Shown piece by piece: positions 24,718 through 36,385 of a stretch of 64,000 nt of DNA. A program made the position numbers and the translations under genes. The notes under the pieces were generated by a model. That model did not search any database. It was not told where the DNA came from and saw only the letters and a program-made list of their open reading frames with translations. Position 1 is the stretch's first letter. Each line of letters starts with the position of its first letter. Source of the stretch: Malacoraja senta (taxonomy: Eukaryota); contig JAXLNO010003993.1 of the NCBI GenBank assembly GCA_038087875.1, positions 1-64,000 on the forward strand, read 5' to 3'.

Positions 24718-24991
24718 CTTTTCTGGTCAGGAATGTCTTTCCAATTGCATAGTATGTAAGCCATAGATCCACACAGTCATGTTCTAACAAGCTCTTGAAA
24801 TAACGGTTCATTTTTTCATTCTTGTCCCATTTCTCTTTGAAGCTCAGCTATTGGATCATGCACCGTCCACTTTAGTTTGTCCTTATCAAAACTAAATGCA
24901 TATCTTCCATCAAAAGCCAACTTCAATATCCCTACAGTGGGACTGTGATCGTTCACCTCACAACCAAACTGTCCTTGAACGTAGTGATAAT
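24718..24991 (-). pseudogene. MHC class I-like alpha2 exon with a 2-nt frameshift (nonclassical residue pattern)
   Basis: Acceptor ttttatttcag|, donor |gtgag, 274 nt (276 expected): (D)YHYVQGQFGCEVNDHSPTVGILKLAFDGRYAFSFDKDKLKWTVHDPIAE / FKEKWDKNEKMNRYFKSLLEHDCVDLWLTYYAIGKTFLTRK; C101-C164 pair present. Confidence 0.9.
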
Positions 24992-25139
24992 CTGAAATAA
25001 AAATAAAAATCATTATTTGATTAATTGTTATGACTGGGTAATTTCTGAACACCAGGGTCCAAGTCATTTATATATGTCACAAGTAGCAAGGGTCACAGCA
25101 CAGATCCCTGCAGAACTCTACTTGTCACTGAACTACAGC

Positions 25140-25585
25140 CTGAATATTTGGCCTTCCGTACAACTGTAGAGACCATATTATTGTACGGGTGTGAGGCATG
25201 GACTCTCACTCCAGCACTGTCCTAGTCTCTCGATGGTACCTACACCCGAATGCTCGGAAAAGTTCAAAATGTCAGATGGAGGGACCACATCACCAACGCC
25301 CAGCTCTATGGGGAGAATCCACCTCTGACCGAGAAGATCACGTTGAGAACGATGAGGCTCGCAGGTCACTGGCTCCGTTACCCAGAAATGCCAGCAAACA
25401 AGGTTGTGCTGTGGGAACCCACCCATGGAAGACTTGACCCAGGACGGCCAATCAAGATGATGCAGAAGACGTTGATGGAAGACGCATGTGTAGAGACAAA
25501 AGAGGAGCTTGCCAGTTGCATGGAGGACAGAGATGTGTGGTGCGTCCGTCACCGTGCCCGTCGGAAACCAGCACGGCACTAATGT
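25140..25585 (+). mobile_element. RTE-clade LINE 3' fragment
   Basis: ILLYGCEAWTLT...GKVQNVRWRDHITNAQLYG...RLAGHWLR. Confidence 0.8.
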
Positions 25586-25744
25586 TTTCAACGATTATTA
25601 TTATCATCCACTACACCCCTCTGTCCTGGGGATTTATCCACATTTCTCTTCAAGTGATCCAACATCTTCTTCTTGCTTAACTTCAAAGTGTCCCTGCATG
25701 TTAGCATTCTCCATGTGTAAGAAAGAACTGCAGATGCTGCAGAT

Positions 25745-26210
25745 GTTAAAATCGTAGAGACACAAAATGCTGGCGTAACTCAGCGGGTCAGGCAGCTTCC
25801 CTGGAGAGAAGGAATGGGCATCGTTTTGGGTCGAGACCCTTCTTCAGACTGATGTCAGGGGAGGGACAAAGATAGAATGTGGGCGGAGACAGTAAGACTG
25901 GTGGCAGAATTGGGAAGGGGGAGGGGATGGAGAGAGAAATCAAGGGCTATCGAAAGTTATAGAAGTCAATGTTCATACCGCTGGAGTATAGACTACCCAA
26001 GCGAAATATGAGGTGCTGTTCCTCCAATTTGGGCTGGGCCTCACTCTGACAATGGAGGAGGCCCAGGACAGAAAGGTCAGATTGGGAATGGGAGGGGGAG
26101 TTGAAGTGCTGAGCCATCAGGTAGGGTAAGACGGACTGAGGGGAAGTGTTCAGCAAAACGATCGCCGAGACTGTGCTTGGTCTCACTGATGTAGAGAACT
26201 GAAACAGCGG
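25745..26210 (-). mobile_element. Penelope-like element 3' remnant (GIY-YIG endonuclease C-terminus plus hammerhead-like motif)
   Basis: AQHFNSPSHSQSDLSVLGLLHC...KLEEQHLIFRLGSL...GMNIDF, followed by CTGAAGAAGGGTCTCGACCCAAAAC. Confidence 0.75.
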
Positions 26211-29200
26211 ATACTATCCCCACAACTTTCCTCTACTTTCCTGTCTTGGTGCAAGCAACATCTATCCATTTACCACTTTCCATAGACACAGGCAGTTCTT
26301 CAAAGTGAAACAGCGTGAAACACTTGGACTTCCAGTCAAATCTACTGCATTTGGTTTTCATGACGTAATCTTCCACATTGCATCAATGAAACAAATAGAA
26401 TGGCTGCTTTCTGGAGAACCTGCATTCAATCCATGGGACTTTCTAAGATTCATAATTCCTGCCACTCTAATTCTCCATTCAACACCCACCATGATCCATC
26501 CATCTGTACCTCTTACACTAGGATAACAAGGGTGAAAGTAACCTTGAGGACCAACAACTCAGCTTCTGTCTGGACATGTTGCAGCCTTTCAAACTCAATT
26601 CCACATTCAACAAGTTGCATTCCCTGTCGATAAAAGAACTGGTCATTTCAACTGTTAAGTTGAAGTCAGAAAGAACAGATGCAAGAAGTATGAAGCAGGA
26701 TCCCAAGCTGAAAGATTACATAACCATGTCTTCCAGATGCTGCCTGAGCCACTGAGTTACACCTGCACGTTTTTGTGTGTTTTTAAATTACAGTAAAGTT
26801 ATCCACCAGCAAAATCATGACAGCCTGACCTACTTGAGTAGTGCAGTATGTGCAGCATTTTATATAACTCTGTTTAGTTTCATGCATGCAGAGATCCAGT
26901 GAAATGGTTTGGATGGAACAGCAGATGCTGGACACCCCGTCCCTTCTCTCCAGAGATGCTGCCTGTCCCGCTGAGTTACTCCAGCTTTTTGTGTCTATCT
27001 GCAGTGAAATGGCTGTTCTGCATTCTCCCCAGTCAAGTCATACTGTACATAAGTACAATACGTCCTCTTCTGGAACAGCACGCAGAGATCCACCACATTC
27101 CAGGACTATCTTGCAGCTTTCAAGTCTCTGAGAAGTCTGATTTTGCCCTAAGGAAATACCCAATTTCTAATTTTCTCATGTTAAGGCCCAGTGTCATAAC
27201 AGCACTGGATTGATGAAGTTGAGGCGCCTGCCTCAGTTTAAGTTTTTCTGTTTCAAGATTGTGATCAAACCCTCATCACTGAACTGTGTCGCAGTGCCAC
27301 CCCATTATGTATCAGTCCCAATTATCTTTCAACATGCTGGAATCACTTGTTTTTTTATCCTTTTTAGACTTTTTTCATGAATTGTTCAGCATAAACAGTT
27401 ATGCTACAACAAAGTTAAGCGCAGCTACCACTTAGTTCCAGAGACGTAACAACACAAGAGATAGTGTTGGAAGAATGATCAAACTCACACATAGTGGTTA
27501 TTAGTAACTCTGCAGAGGAAACACAAGGTGCTTTCTTCTCAGCATGCTTACTACCAGTCTACCAGAGAGAGAGAAAGCTGTCTAATAAGCCTGTGGGCGG
27601 AGCCACAGTATGAGTGACACTAATCTACAGATAGGCACAGGGATAAGTTTCGGTTTATTATTGTCACGTTTAGTTTCGAGGTACAGCATGAAAATAGGCC
27701 TTTTGGCCCACTGGACCTGTGCTGACTAACGACCACCCAAATATTAGTTCTATCCTACACATTAGGGACAATTTACAGAAGCCCAAAAACTTACAAACCT
27801 GCACGTCTTTGAATGTGACGGAACTGTAGCACCCGGAGATAACTCACATGGTCACAGGGAGAATGTATGAACTCTATATAGACAGCACCCATTGTCAGGA
27901 TTGAACTTTGGTCTGTGGTACTGTAAGGCAGCAACTTTCCCTCTGCGCCACTGTGCTGCCCATGTACTGAGGTAGTGTGTAAAGCTTTGTTTTGCATGCT
28001 ATCCAATTGGATGAGGTAACAAAATACATATATATGATCATCAAACTCAAGTACTGTAGGTAGAGCAAAGGGGAAGGTACAGAGTGTGGCATGTAGTTCT
28101 CAGCAATGTAGCACAGCAGTTCCATTAGATAAGTGTTTCGACACGAAACGTGACACATTCCTTCTCTCCAGAGATGCTGCCTGACCCGTTGAGTTACTCT
28201 AGCATTTTGTGTCTATCTGCGGTTTAAACCAGCATCTACAGTTCCTCCCTACATAGTTCTATAAACAAAGTCCACTGTCTGTAATGGGGTAGTGGTCAAT
28301 TGGACAGTACCGTAGCTTATGGAACGATCATTCAGAAGCCTGATTTTCTCCTCGGTTATCAAGTTTCCGAGTAAGCCATTTGGTCCTCTAACCTGCCCAC
28401 CATTCAATATGACCATGGCTGACGTTCCTCAGGCATCAACTCCTGTTCGGTGCCAGTTCCTCATTGCACTCAATTCTCCAATCTTTCAAAAGTTTAACTA
28501 CCGCCATATTAAATGCTTCCAATGATTTTGTCTTCACAAATCTCTGGCGCCAGAGAATGACCACACTCTGCAAAAAGAGATTTTGTAAACAAATGACTGG
28601 TCTCTTTTATCTCTTATTGAAGAGTAGTGGAAATACTGCCAATTTTAAGCTTGTCCCCTCCCCAATTGACCCTCATTTCGTAACTTGTCAATTATTTATT
28701 ATTGTCAATAATGTGCCCTAGTGAAAAGATTTGCTGTTGGTATTAGTTTATTATTGTCACGTGAACTGAGATATAGTCAAAAGTTTGTCTGTGTGTTATC
28801 CAATCAGATCATACTACACATGTGCAATCAAGCCATCCACAAGTAGATCAGTGCAAAGAAAAAACTACTCAGAGTGCAGAATATCGGGTTACAATATCAT
28901 AGCATTACAGTTACAGAGAAAGTGCAGATCAAAAAGAGTTGCAAGGATCACAATGAGATTGGTTGGAAGATCAGGGCAACATCTTATCTTACATGAGAAT
29001 CATTCAGTAGTCCAATAACAGCGGGGAAGAAGCTGTTCCTGAATTTAATGGTACGTACTTCCAAACTTTGTTGTGTACTGTCTTAACAGGGAGCGTGCGA
29101 TCCCTTTTAAACCACGTGGTTGGTTGATGGTGACGAAAGAGGCAAAATGGGGCAGATGTGGACAGTAACTTGGTTGTTGTAGTGGGCTGAAGAATATTTT

Positions 29201-29260
29201 GTGGTGGGTGACTGTGCAAGTTTTACTGAAGATGAAAATAACCATCTTACTGTCTTGTAG

Positions 29261-29425
29261 TTTCCCCTGAGGTCACTCTCGCTGCCCGCCCTGATGATCA
29301 TTCAGTCCTGTACTGCACTGTGTTTGGATTTTACCCACCGGCCATCAATGTCAGCTGGTTGCAGAATGGTCAACATGTCTCTGAGTCCAAATCTTCTGGG
29401 GTCATACCCAACAACGATGGAACAT
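29261..29425 (+). pseudogene. MHC class I-like alpha3 exon, 3'-truncated by a ~271-bp deletion
   Basis: Same acceptor and SPEVTL...PNNDGT as the left copy, then joins directly to sequence mirroring 17530; second Cys and splice donor lost. Confidence 0.9.
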
Positions 29426-31946
29426 TGTCAACAGAACATTTATCAAAAGTAAATAAATAACTAATATATAAGGAAGGAGTATTTGAGATTCTCAGTGGTG
29501 GAACTGAAATCTATGAAAGGTATGTTTAAATAAAAAATGAATCTTTCCTCATGATGTGATTAACAGCAAGGCACTGGGGGAGTACATGCCCCAATCCAAA
29601 TCAATGGTCCGAAGTGGAAATGATTGAGAGCTTCATGTTCCTTGGCATGAATATATCCAATATTCTGTCATGGACTGACCACATAGCCAAGGAGGCACAC
29701 CGACACCTCTACTTCCTCAGGAGACTGAGAATATTCATCATGTCTCTGGTGACTCTCGCAAACATCTATAGATGCCGTTAGGGAAAGCATGTTGTTGGGT
29801 TGCATCACATCTTGATTTGGGAACTGCACTGCCCAAGACTGCAAGAATATACAAAGAGTTCAAGATCATCACACAGGCCAGACTTCCCACTATTGGCTCA
29901 ATCTACACTAGGTTGCCTTGGAAAACGAAACTTATCCCAACCTTCCTCCTTCCTGCTCCCATCAGGCATTAGGTACAGAAAGTTGAAAATAAGCACTGCC
30001 AGACTCAGGAACACCCCCTTTCCACCTGTTAACAGGCTTCGGAAGTGTCCTTCCATAATGTAGGTTTAATGCCCGATTCACCTCAACCTCATTGCACATT
30101 GAACATTGTCCATGGAACTGATGTGTTACAATGCTGAGAACTATATTCTGTACTCTGTATCCTCCTCTTTGCTCTATCTATTGTTTTTGAGTTTTTTATT
30201 TGTCTATAGTATTATCTAATTTGTTTGGATAGCATACAAAACAAACCTTTGCACTGTATCTTGAAACATCTGACATTAATAAAACTAAACCTAATGAAGT
30301 AAGTTCCCTGACGCAAGCTACAGATTCAGCAACGAAAAATATAACTGCCTCACAAACAGCGATCGTAGTAGTTTGATTCCAGGTATGCTGCACTAACCTA
30401 CACAAATGTTCACTTTTGAAGATTCCCTCGAACAATGCACAAATAAGGAATCTGATGTTTCACTCTGAAGACTGTTGACATACTCCAGAACTTAATTTCC
30501 AACCTATCTATGTATCATCAGCAATCTAGGCTACAGCGCCATCAGTCCCTTCATCTGCTCTTAATACCAACGATAAGTAGTTCACTTTCTTGCATTGATT
30601 CCCAACCTGCAGTTGCAGTTTCCCAACCTGAACACTCCTTTAAGACAACTCTCTGCTTGCTCTTAATTGTTTTTCCATTCATGCTAATTATTACCCCCAA
30701 TGTCATAAGCCATGTGCCTTTGCATCACTTGATCAGATATCTTATGAAAATCCAGATATTGTGGCGACATCTGGTGGTCAGGCCACTTATTGCTAGAACC
30801 CTCGTCAGGGGAGCTGGGACTATCACGTGAGTGACAGGGTTTTGGTGGGAGTTGGTGATGAGTTAATCGCCAGTCAACTGGTGTGCCCGATAACAACGGC
30901 AGGAACTTTGCTCAAGTCCTTACTAAACGCGAGTGGGCCAAAACTGTATTTCTTTAAAAACATTGATTTGTTCATGACGTTTGGATCTCTACAATATATT
31001 GTATTTCTTTTGTTTCTCATTCCAATTTTGTTACCTATTCTGCTTTTCCATCATTTTGTTTATGAATTTTAGGCTTTTCACACCTGCTCCTCGAATATAC
31101 ATTGTCTACGGGTTCCTGTTGCATTTTCAAAGAATTCTAATCAATTTCTCAAACAAAGTTTGAAGAAGGGTCCCAAAATGAAACGTCACCTGTCCATGTG
31201 TAAGAAGAAACTGCAAATGCTGGTTTACACCGAAGATGGACACAAATTGCTGGAATAACTCAGCTGGTCAGCCAGCATCTCTGGAGAAAAGGAATAGGTG
31301 ATGAATCCATGTTCGCCAGAGATGCTGCCTGTTCCGCTGAGTTACTCCAGCATTTTGTGTCTATCATGTATATTCTTTCCACTGACTGGTTAGCACGTAA
31401 CAAAAGCTTTTCACTGTACCTCAATACATGTGACAATAAACTAAACTAAAGCTTTTGTGTAAATCAGTATCTGCATCTCTTTCTTTCTACAATTTTCCTG
31501 TTAATGCCCTGATAATGCACTTTATTGTTTTGTTATTACTTAAATGTTCTGCCATTATTGAAAGGAATCCAGCATTTTCCCCAAAACAAATGTTAGTTTA
31601 TATAGGGTTAAAGCTTTCTGCTTTCAATTCACCTTCTTTCTTGAATTAAGTTGTGGCTGTGATGGTGCCATATATCATAGTTGTACAGAACATATATTGT
31701 CCCTTTGCCATGCTGCAGAACTCCGTGATTCAAAACACCATATCATCTTATATACCTTGAAAAGCCCCAAATATAGACACAAAATGCTGGAGTAACTCAG
31801 CGGTCTGATAACATCTCTAGAGAAAAGGAATAGGTGGCATTTCGGGTCGAGACCCTTCTTCACCCTGAAGTCTTCAGACAGTGCCCATCTATTTAGCTGC
31901 ACAGCTTAACAATTGATTTGTGAAATTATGCATTCATATTTTTCAG

Positions 31947-32054
31947 AAGGAAATAGGAAGAAAGACAGGCACATAGGCCTTATTGCCGTGTGTGTGCTGA
32001 TATTGCTGGCTATTGTCTTGGCAGTAATTGTTTGGTGGAGAAAAAAGAGGAGAG
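31947..32054 (+). CDS. MHC class I-like transmembrane exon (right-arm copy; orphaned by the truncated alpha3)
   Basis: tttcag|...|gtaag, 108 nt, one F->L change versus the left copy. Confidence 0.8.
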
Positions 32055-35000
32055 GTAAGATGGAAAAATTGTGATGCACTGTTGCTAGTAAAGGTATTGG
32101 GCTTGAAGAAATGATCGATCTCAAGTAGGATAAGGCAGCAGCTACACCTGAAATGCCTCGACAGTCACCACTGTCAACTAGCCTTTGTGCTGTTGTTAAA
32201 TGTTTCTGATAATCAGATATTTTAAAATTGTGAATTCAGTGTAAAAAAATGTTATACATTATGGATTCACTGCCCCAAATCCTAGAAATATCAATGAGTC
32301 ATTAAAAAGTACAGCATGGAAGCAGTCCTTTCGGCCCACCGTGTCCATGACAACCACCAACCACCTATTCTCATGAATTCTATCTCATTGCACCTTCTCA
32401 TCCAGTCACCCACCCACTAGGGGCAATTTACAGTGGCCAATTAAACTATAAACTGACACATCTTAGGATGTGTGAGGAAACCGGAGCCCCTGGAGGGATC
32501 CAATGCGGTTACACGGAGAACATGCAAACTCCACATAGATGGCACTCAAGGTCAAAATTGAACCCGGGTCTGTGTCGCTGTGAGGCAGCAGCTCTACGAG
32601 TTGTGACACTGTGCTGCTCTGTTGGGGGCTCGCACTGTTCATGATCCAAGTCAGCTATGAGGCAGATTGGTTGCAGTTTATCGTTTACTAGTTTTGTTTA
32701 GTTTAATTTAGAGATAGTGACGAAACAGGTCCTTAGGCCCATCGAGTCTGAGCTGACCAGTGATCCCCGCACATTAACACTATCCTATACACGCACACCA
32801 AGCCAATTAACCTACATACCTGTACGTCTTTGGAGTGTGGGAGGAAACCTTAGATCTTGGAGAAAACACACGCGGTCACGGGGAGAACGTACAAACTTTG
32901 TACAGACAGCATCAGTAGTCAGGATCGAACCCGGGTCTCTGGTGCTGCAAGCACTGTAAGGCAGCAACTCTACCGCTGCACACAGTAGCTGCCACCAAGG
33001 CCGCTGTTGCTGGAAAACTCAAATTTAAGTGGGAATGTGAGTAGTGGGAGAAATGGTTCAAGGTGGAAAGCCGAATGAATGAGCAACAACATGACAGGTG
33101 GACTACAATGTGAAACAGGACAGCACAGAGTCAGAGACCTGAATTAAATACTGACATCGGCTGATGTATCTGTAGAGTTTGCATGTTGTTCCTGTGACCA
33201 TGTGGGTTTCCCCAGGTGCTCTGGTTTCCTCCCACATCCCCAAAACATTGTTTGGTAGGTTAGTTGTCCCCTAGATTGTGCATGATACAATGTGGGGAGA
33301 GCTGTTGAGAATGTGGGACAAATGTAGGATTAGTGTACATGAATGGTTGGTGCAGGTCAGTGGGACAAAGGCCATGTTTGTATGCTGCATATTTCCATGA
33401 CTCTTTATGATGTAGAAAGATGCTGACTATTTTTGATTTATAAGATTGGGAAAGACTGTGAGGGACAGTGCTGTAGTAACTCAGCAGGTCAGGCAACATC
33501 CCTGGAGACCATGGATAGGTGACAATCTGGTTCGAGACTCTTCAGGCAAATTACAATGGGTATTCCTCCGCTTAAGTCTGATAGTAGTGTACAGATGCAC
33601 CTCAACCACTGACTTGCTCAACAAGTGCTTAAATTAGTTGAATTAAAGTATGTTTGGAGTAACATGCAGCAGTCCTTAAAATCTACCATTTCCCAAATCC
33701 CAAGCGAGCTGGATGATCAGGGTTTTAGTGTATATTCAGTCATCTATATCACTGATTTCTTGCCTGTGATCACACTGTTGTAAGATATATTCTGGTGATG
33801 AATTGCAGTTCACTTTCCTCCTGTGTAAAGGAGTTATTGTGTTGAATATAACAAGTGGAAGGGAAAGTCAGTGTAGGATTTAGAGTTTGTACGTAATGCA
33901 GCATGGTAGTGCAGCTGGTAGAACTGCTGCCTCACAACGCCAGAGACCCAGGTTCAATCTGGACCTCGGGTACTGTCTACGTGGAGTTTGCACATTCTCT
34001 TGTGACTATGTGGGCTTCCTCAGGGAGCTCCGGTTTCCTCCCATATCCCAAAGATGAGCAGGTGTGCAGGTAATCATCCTCGGTAAGTCACCCTGATAGT
34101 GTAGGGGGTGGATGGGAAATCTATTATGAATGGGTGATTGCTGGTTAGTATGGATTTGGTGGCACAAATGGCCTGTTTACACACTGTATCACTGTTTTCA
34201 AGAGAGAGTTAGATTTAGCTCTTAGGGCTAAGGGATTCAAGGGATATGGGGAAACAGCCAGATCGGAGTATTAATTTTGGATGATCAGCCATGATTGTAT
34301 TGAATTGCGGTGCTGGCTCAAAGGGCTGAATAGCCTATTCCTGCGCCTATTTTTTTATGTTTCTATCTTTCTATTAAATAAACTAAATTGGAAGACAGAA
34401 GGTATTGACTGATGCATCTTCACGCCAGCTGTAAATGTCATAAACTGTGAGAATTGATTGCAAATGTTATACAATATTATAAACTAAACTGGGTGATCAA
34501 AATGACAAGATGGATGAAGAGCAGAGTTTTCATTGAAATAACAGACGTGCTGCTTTCTCGAGCACTTGGCCTTGGTTGTGTAATATTTCCTCTTCAAAAT
34601 ACAATGTTCCCAGGCACTGCTGGTCTGAGACACCAGTCAGCAAGTATATTTCCTGAAACGGAGGTTCTGCTTTCATGGTATCAAGATGTCTAACAGCTCC
34701 AGCACCCAGATCAGAACCTTGCCAAAACTACGAATGCAGCAACAATTTAGTCATTGAACATCAACGACATGCATATTTGAACTGAGGCAATGGTTAGCTT
34801 ATTATCACTGTAAACCAGTCGTGGTCATGGGTCTGCCATTGTGGTCACTATTAGTGAGGGTGATTAACTATCATGTAGCAGTGAAACGGAAAAGAATTGG
34901 CTTTTCAAGCCCACGGAGCCATAGAGTCATACGGCATGGAAATGGGCCCTTTGCCTCAACTTGGCCATGTCAACCAAGATGCCATGTTTAAACTACAATT

Positions 35001-36248
35001 TACCTGCAATTGACCCATATCTCACTGAACCTTTCCTATCTACCTGTGTTCTAAATGTTTTTTAATACCTGCCTCAACTCCTTCCCCTGGAATGTTCTTC
35101 CATATTTCCACTTCCTCTGGTTCCGAGTAACTCGTTTCCTTCTCACCTTAAACCTAAGTCCTCTGGTTCTTTTTATTTTTTATTTTTTATTTTTTTGTTT
35201 ATTTTTATTTATTTTATTTTTTTATTTTTTTAATTTTTATTATTTATTAGAAGTATTTTACATTACAGTAATCTGCAATAACGTAAATTTATACAGTTCT
35301 TGTACCACTTTTGTTTTTCAACTTTAATAGAAAGAAAGGATAGAAAGAGCTAGCAAAGACAGTCAGTGAGTGAATGAAAAAGTGGTCCAGGAACACACAT
35401 GTGAACCTAAACCACATGAAGTAGTTAAAGAAGAGAGGAAAAAAAAGAGAAAAAATAAAATAAGATAGGACAATATGAAAGGGATGCACCTACTTCTTAT
35501 CTTTACTCACCCCTCGCCAGGACTTAAAACCATTTATTATCATCATTTTGTTGCACCTTATGTTTGTAATAAGTCAATATATGGAGACCAAATCTTTTGG
35601 AATTGGTCTTGTTTACCTGCTAGGAGGAATCTCATATCTTCTGGATGTAACAATTCTGACATATTAGAAGTCCACATTTTTATTGTTGGCGTAGGAGCAT
35701 TTTTCCAAAATTTCAGTATTAATTTTGTTGCTGTTATTAATCCGTCCTCTGGTTCTTGATTACACAAGGCTGGTTAAAAGATTCTGTGCATTCAATCTAT
35801 CTATGCTCCTTGATTTTATAAACCTCTATAAGATCACCCCTCAGCCTCTTGCGTGCCAAGGATTAAAGTCCAAGCATTCTCATCCTCTCCCTGAATCACA
35901 GGCCCTGTTAATGGCATCCTTCCGATAGTGGAGTGACCAAAACTTAACACAATACTCCAAATGTGGCCTCACTAACATATTGTACAACTGTAGCAGAACA
36001 TCCCAACTTTTTTATTCAGTACCTTTCTTTTAAAATCTTTTTATTGTTTTTTTTCCAAAACACAAAAACAAAAACAAAAATAAAACATAAAAAAAACAGA
36101 GCAAATAGAATAATGATAAACATAACAATGGTATTGATACATAGGGATCATGATTAAACACATTAATAACAGGTATAACCTAATATGAGACCAGTGTCAA
36201 AATACACAATGAATATAGTTCAATCTTTAAAAGGAAACATAAATGTAA

Positions 36249-36385
36249 NNNNNNNNNNNNNNNNNNNNNNNNNNNNNNNNNNNNNNNNNNNNNNNNNNNN
36301 NNNNNNNNNNNNNNNNNNNNNNNNNNNNNNNNNNNNNNNNNNNNNNNNNNNNNNNNNNNNNNNNNNNNNNNNNNNNNNNNNNNNN
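36249..36385. other. 137-N undetermined or masked run (mirror of 10575-10712)
   Basis: Seen directly. Confidence 0.99.

Larger units (their letters stand above)
21561..26211. other. Unique spacer of the inverted duplication
   Basis: No mirror homology; holds SINE, CR1, L1, RTE and Penelope fragments and the MHC alpha2 exon. Confidence 0.9.
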
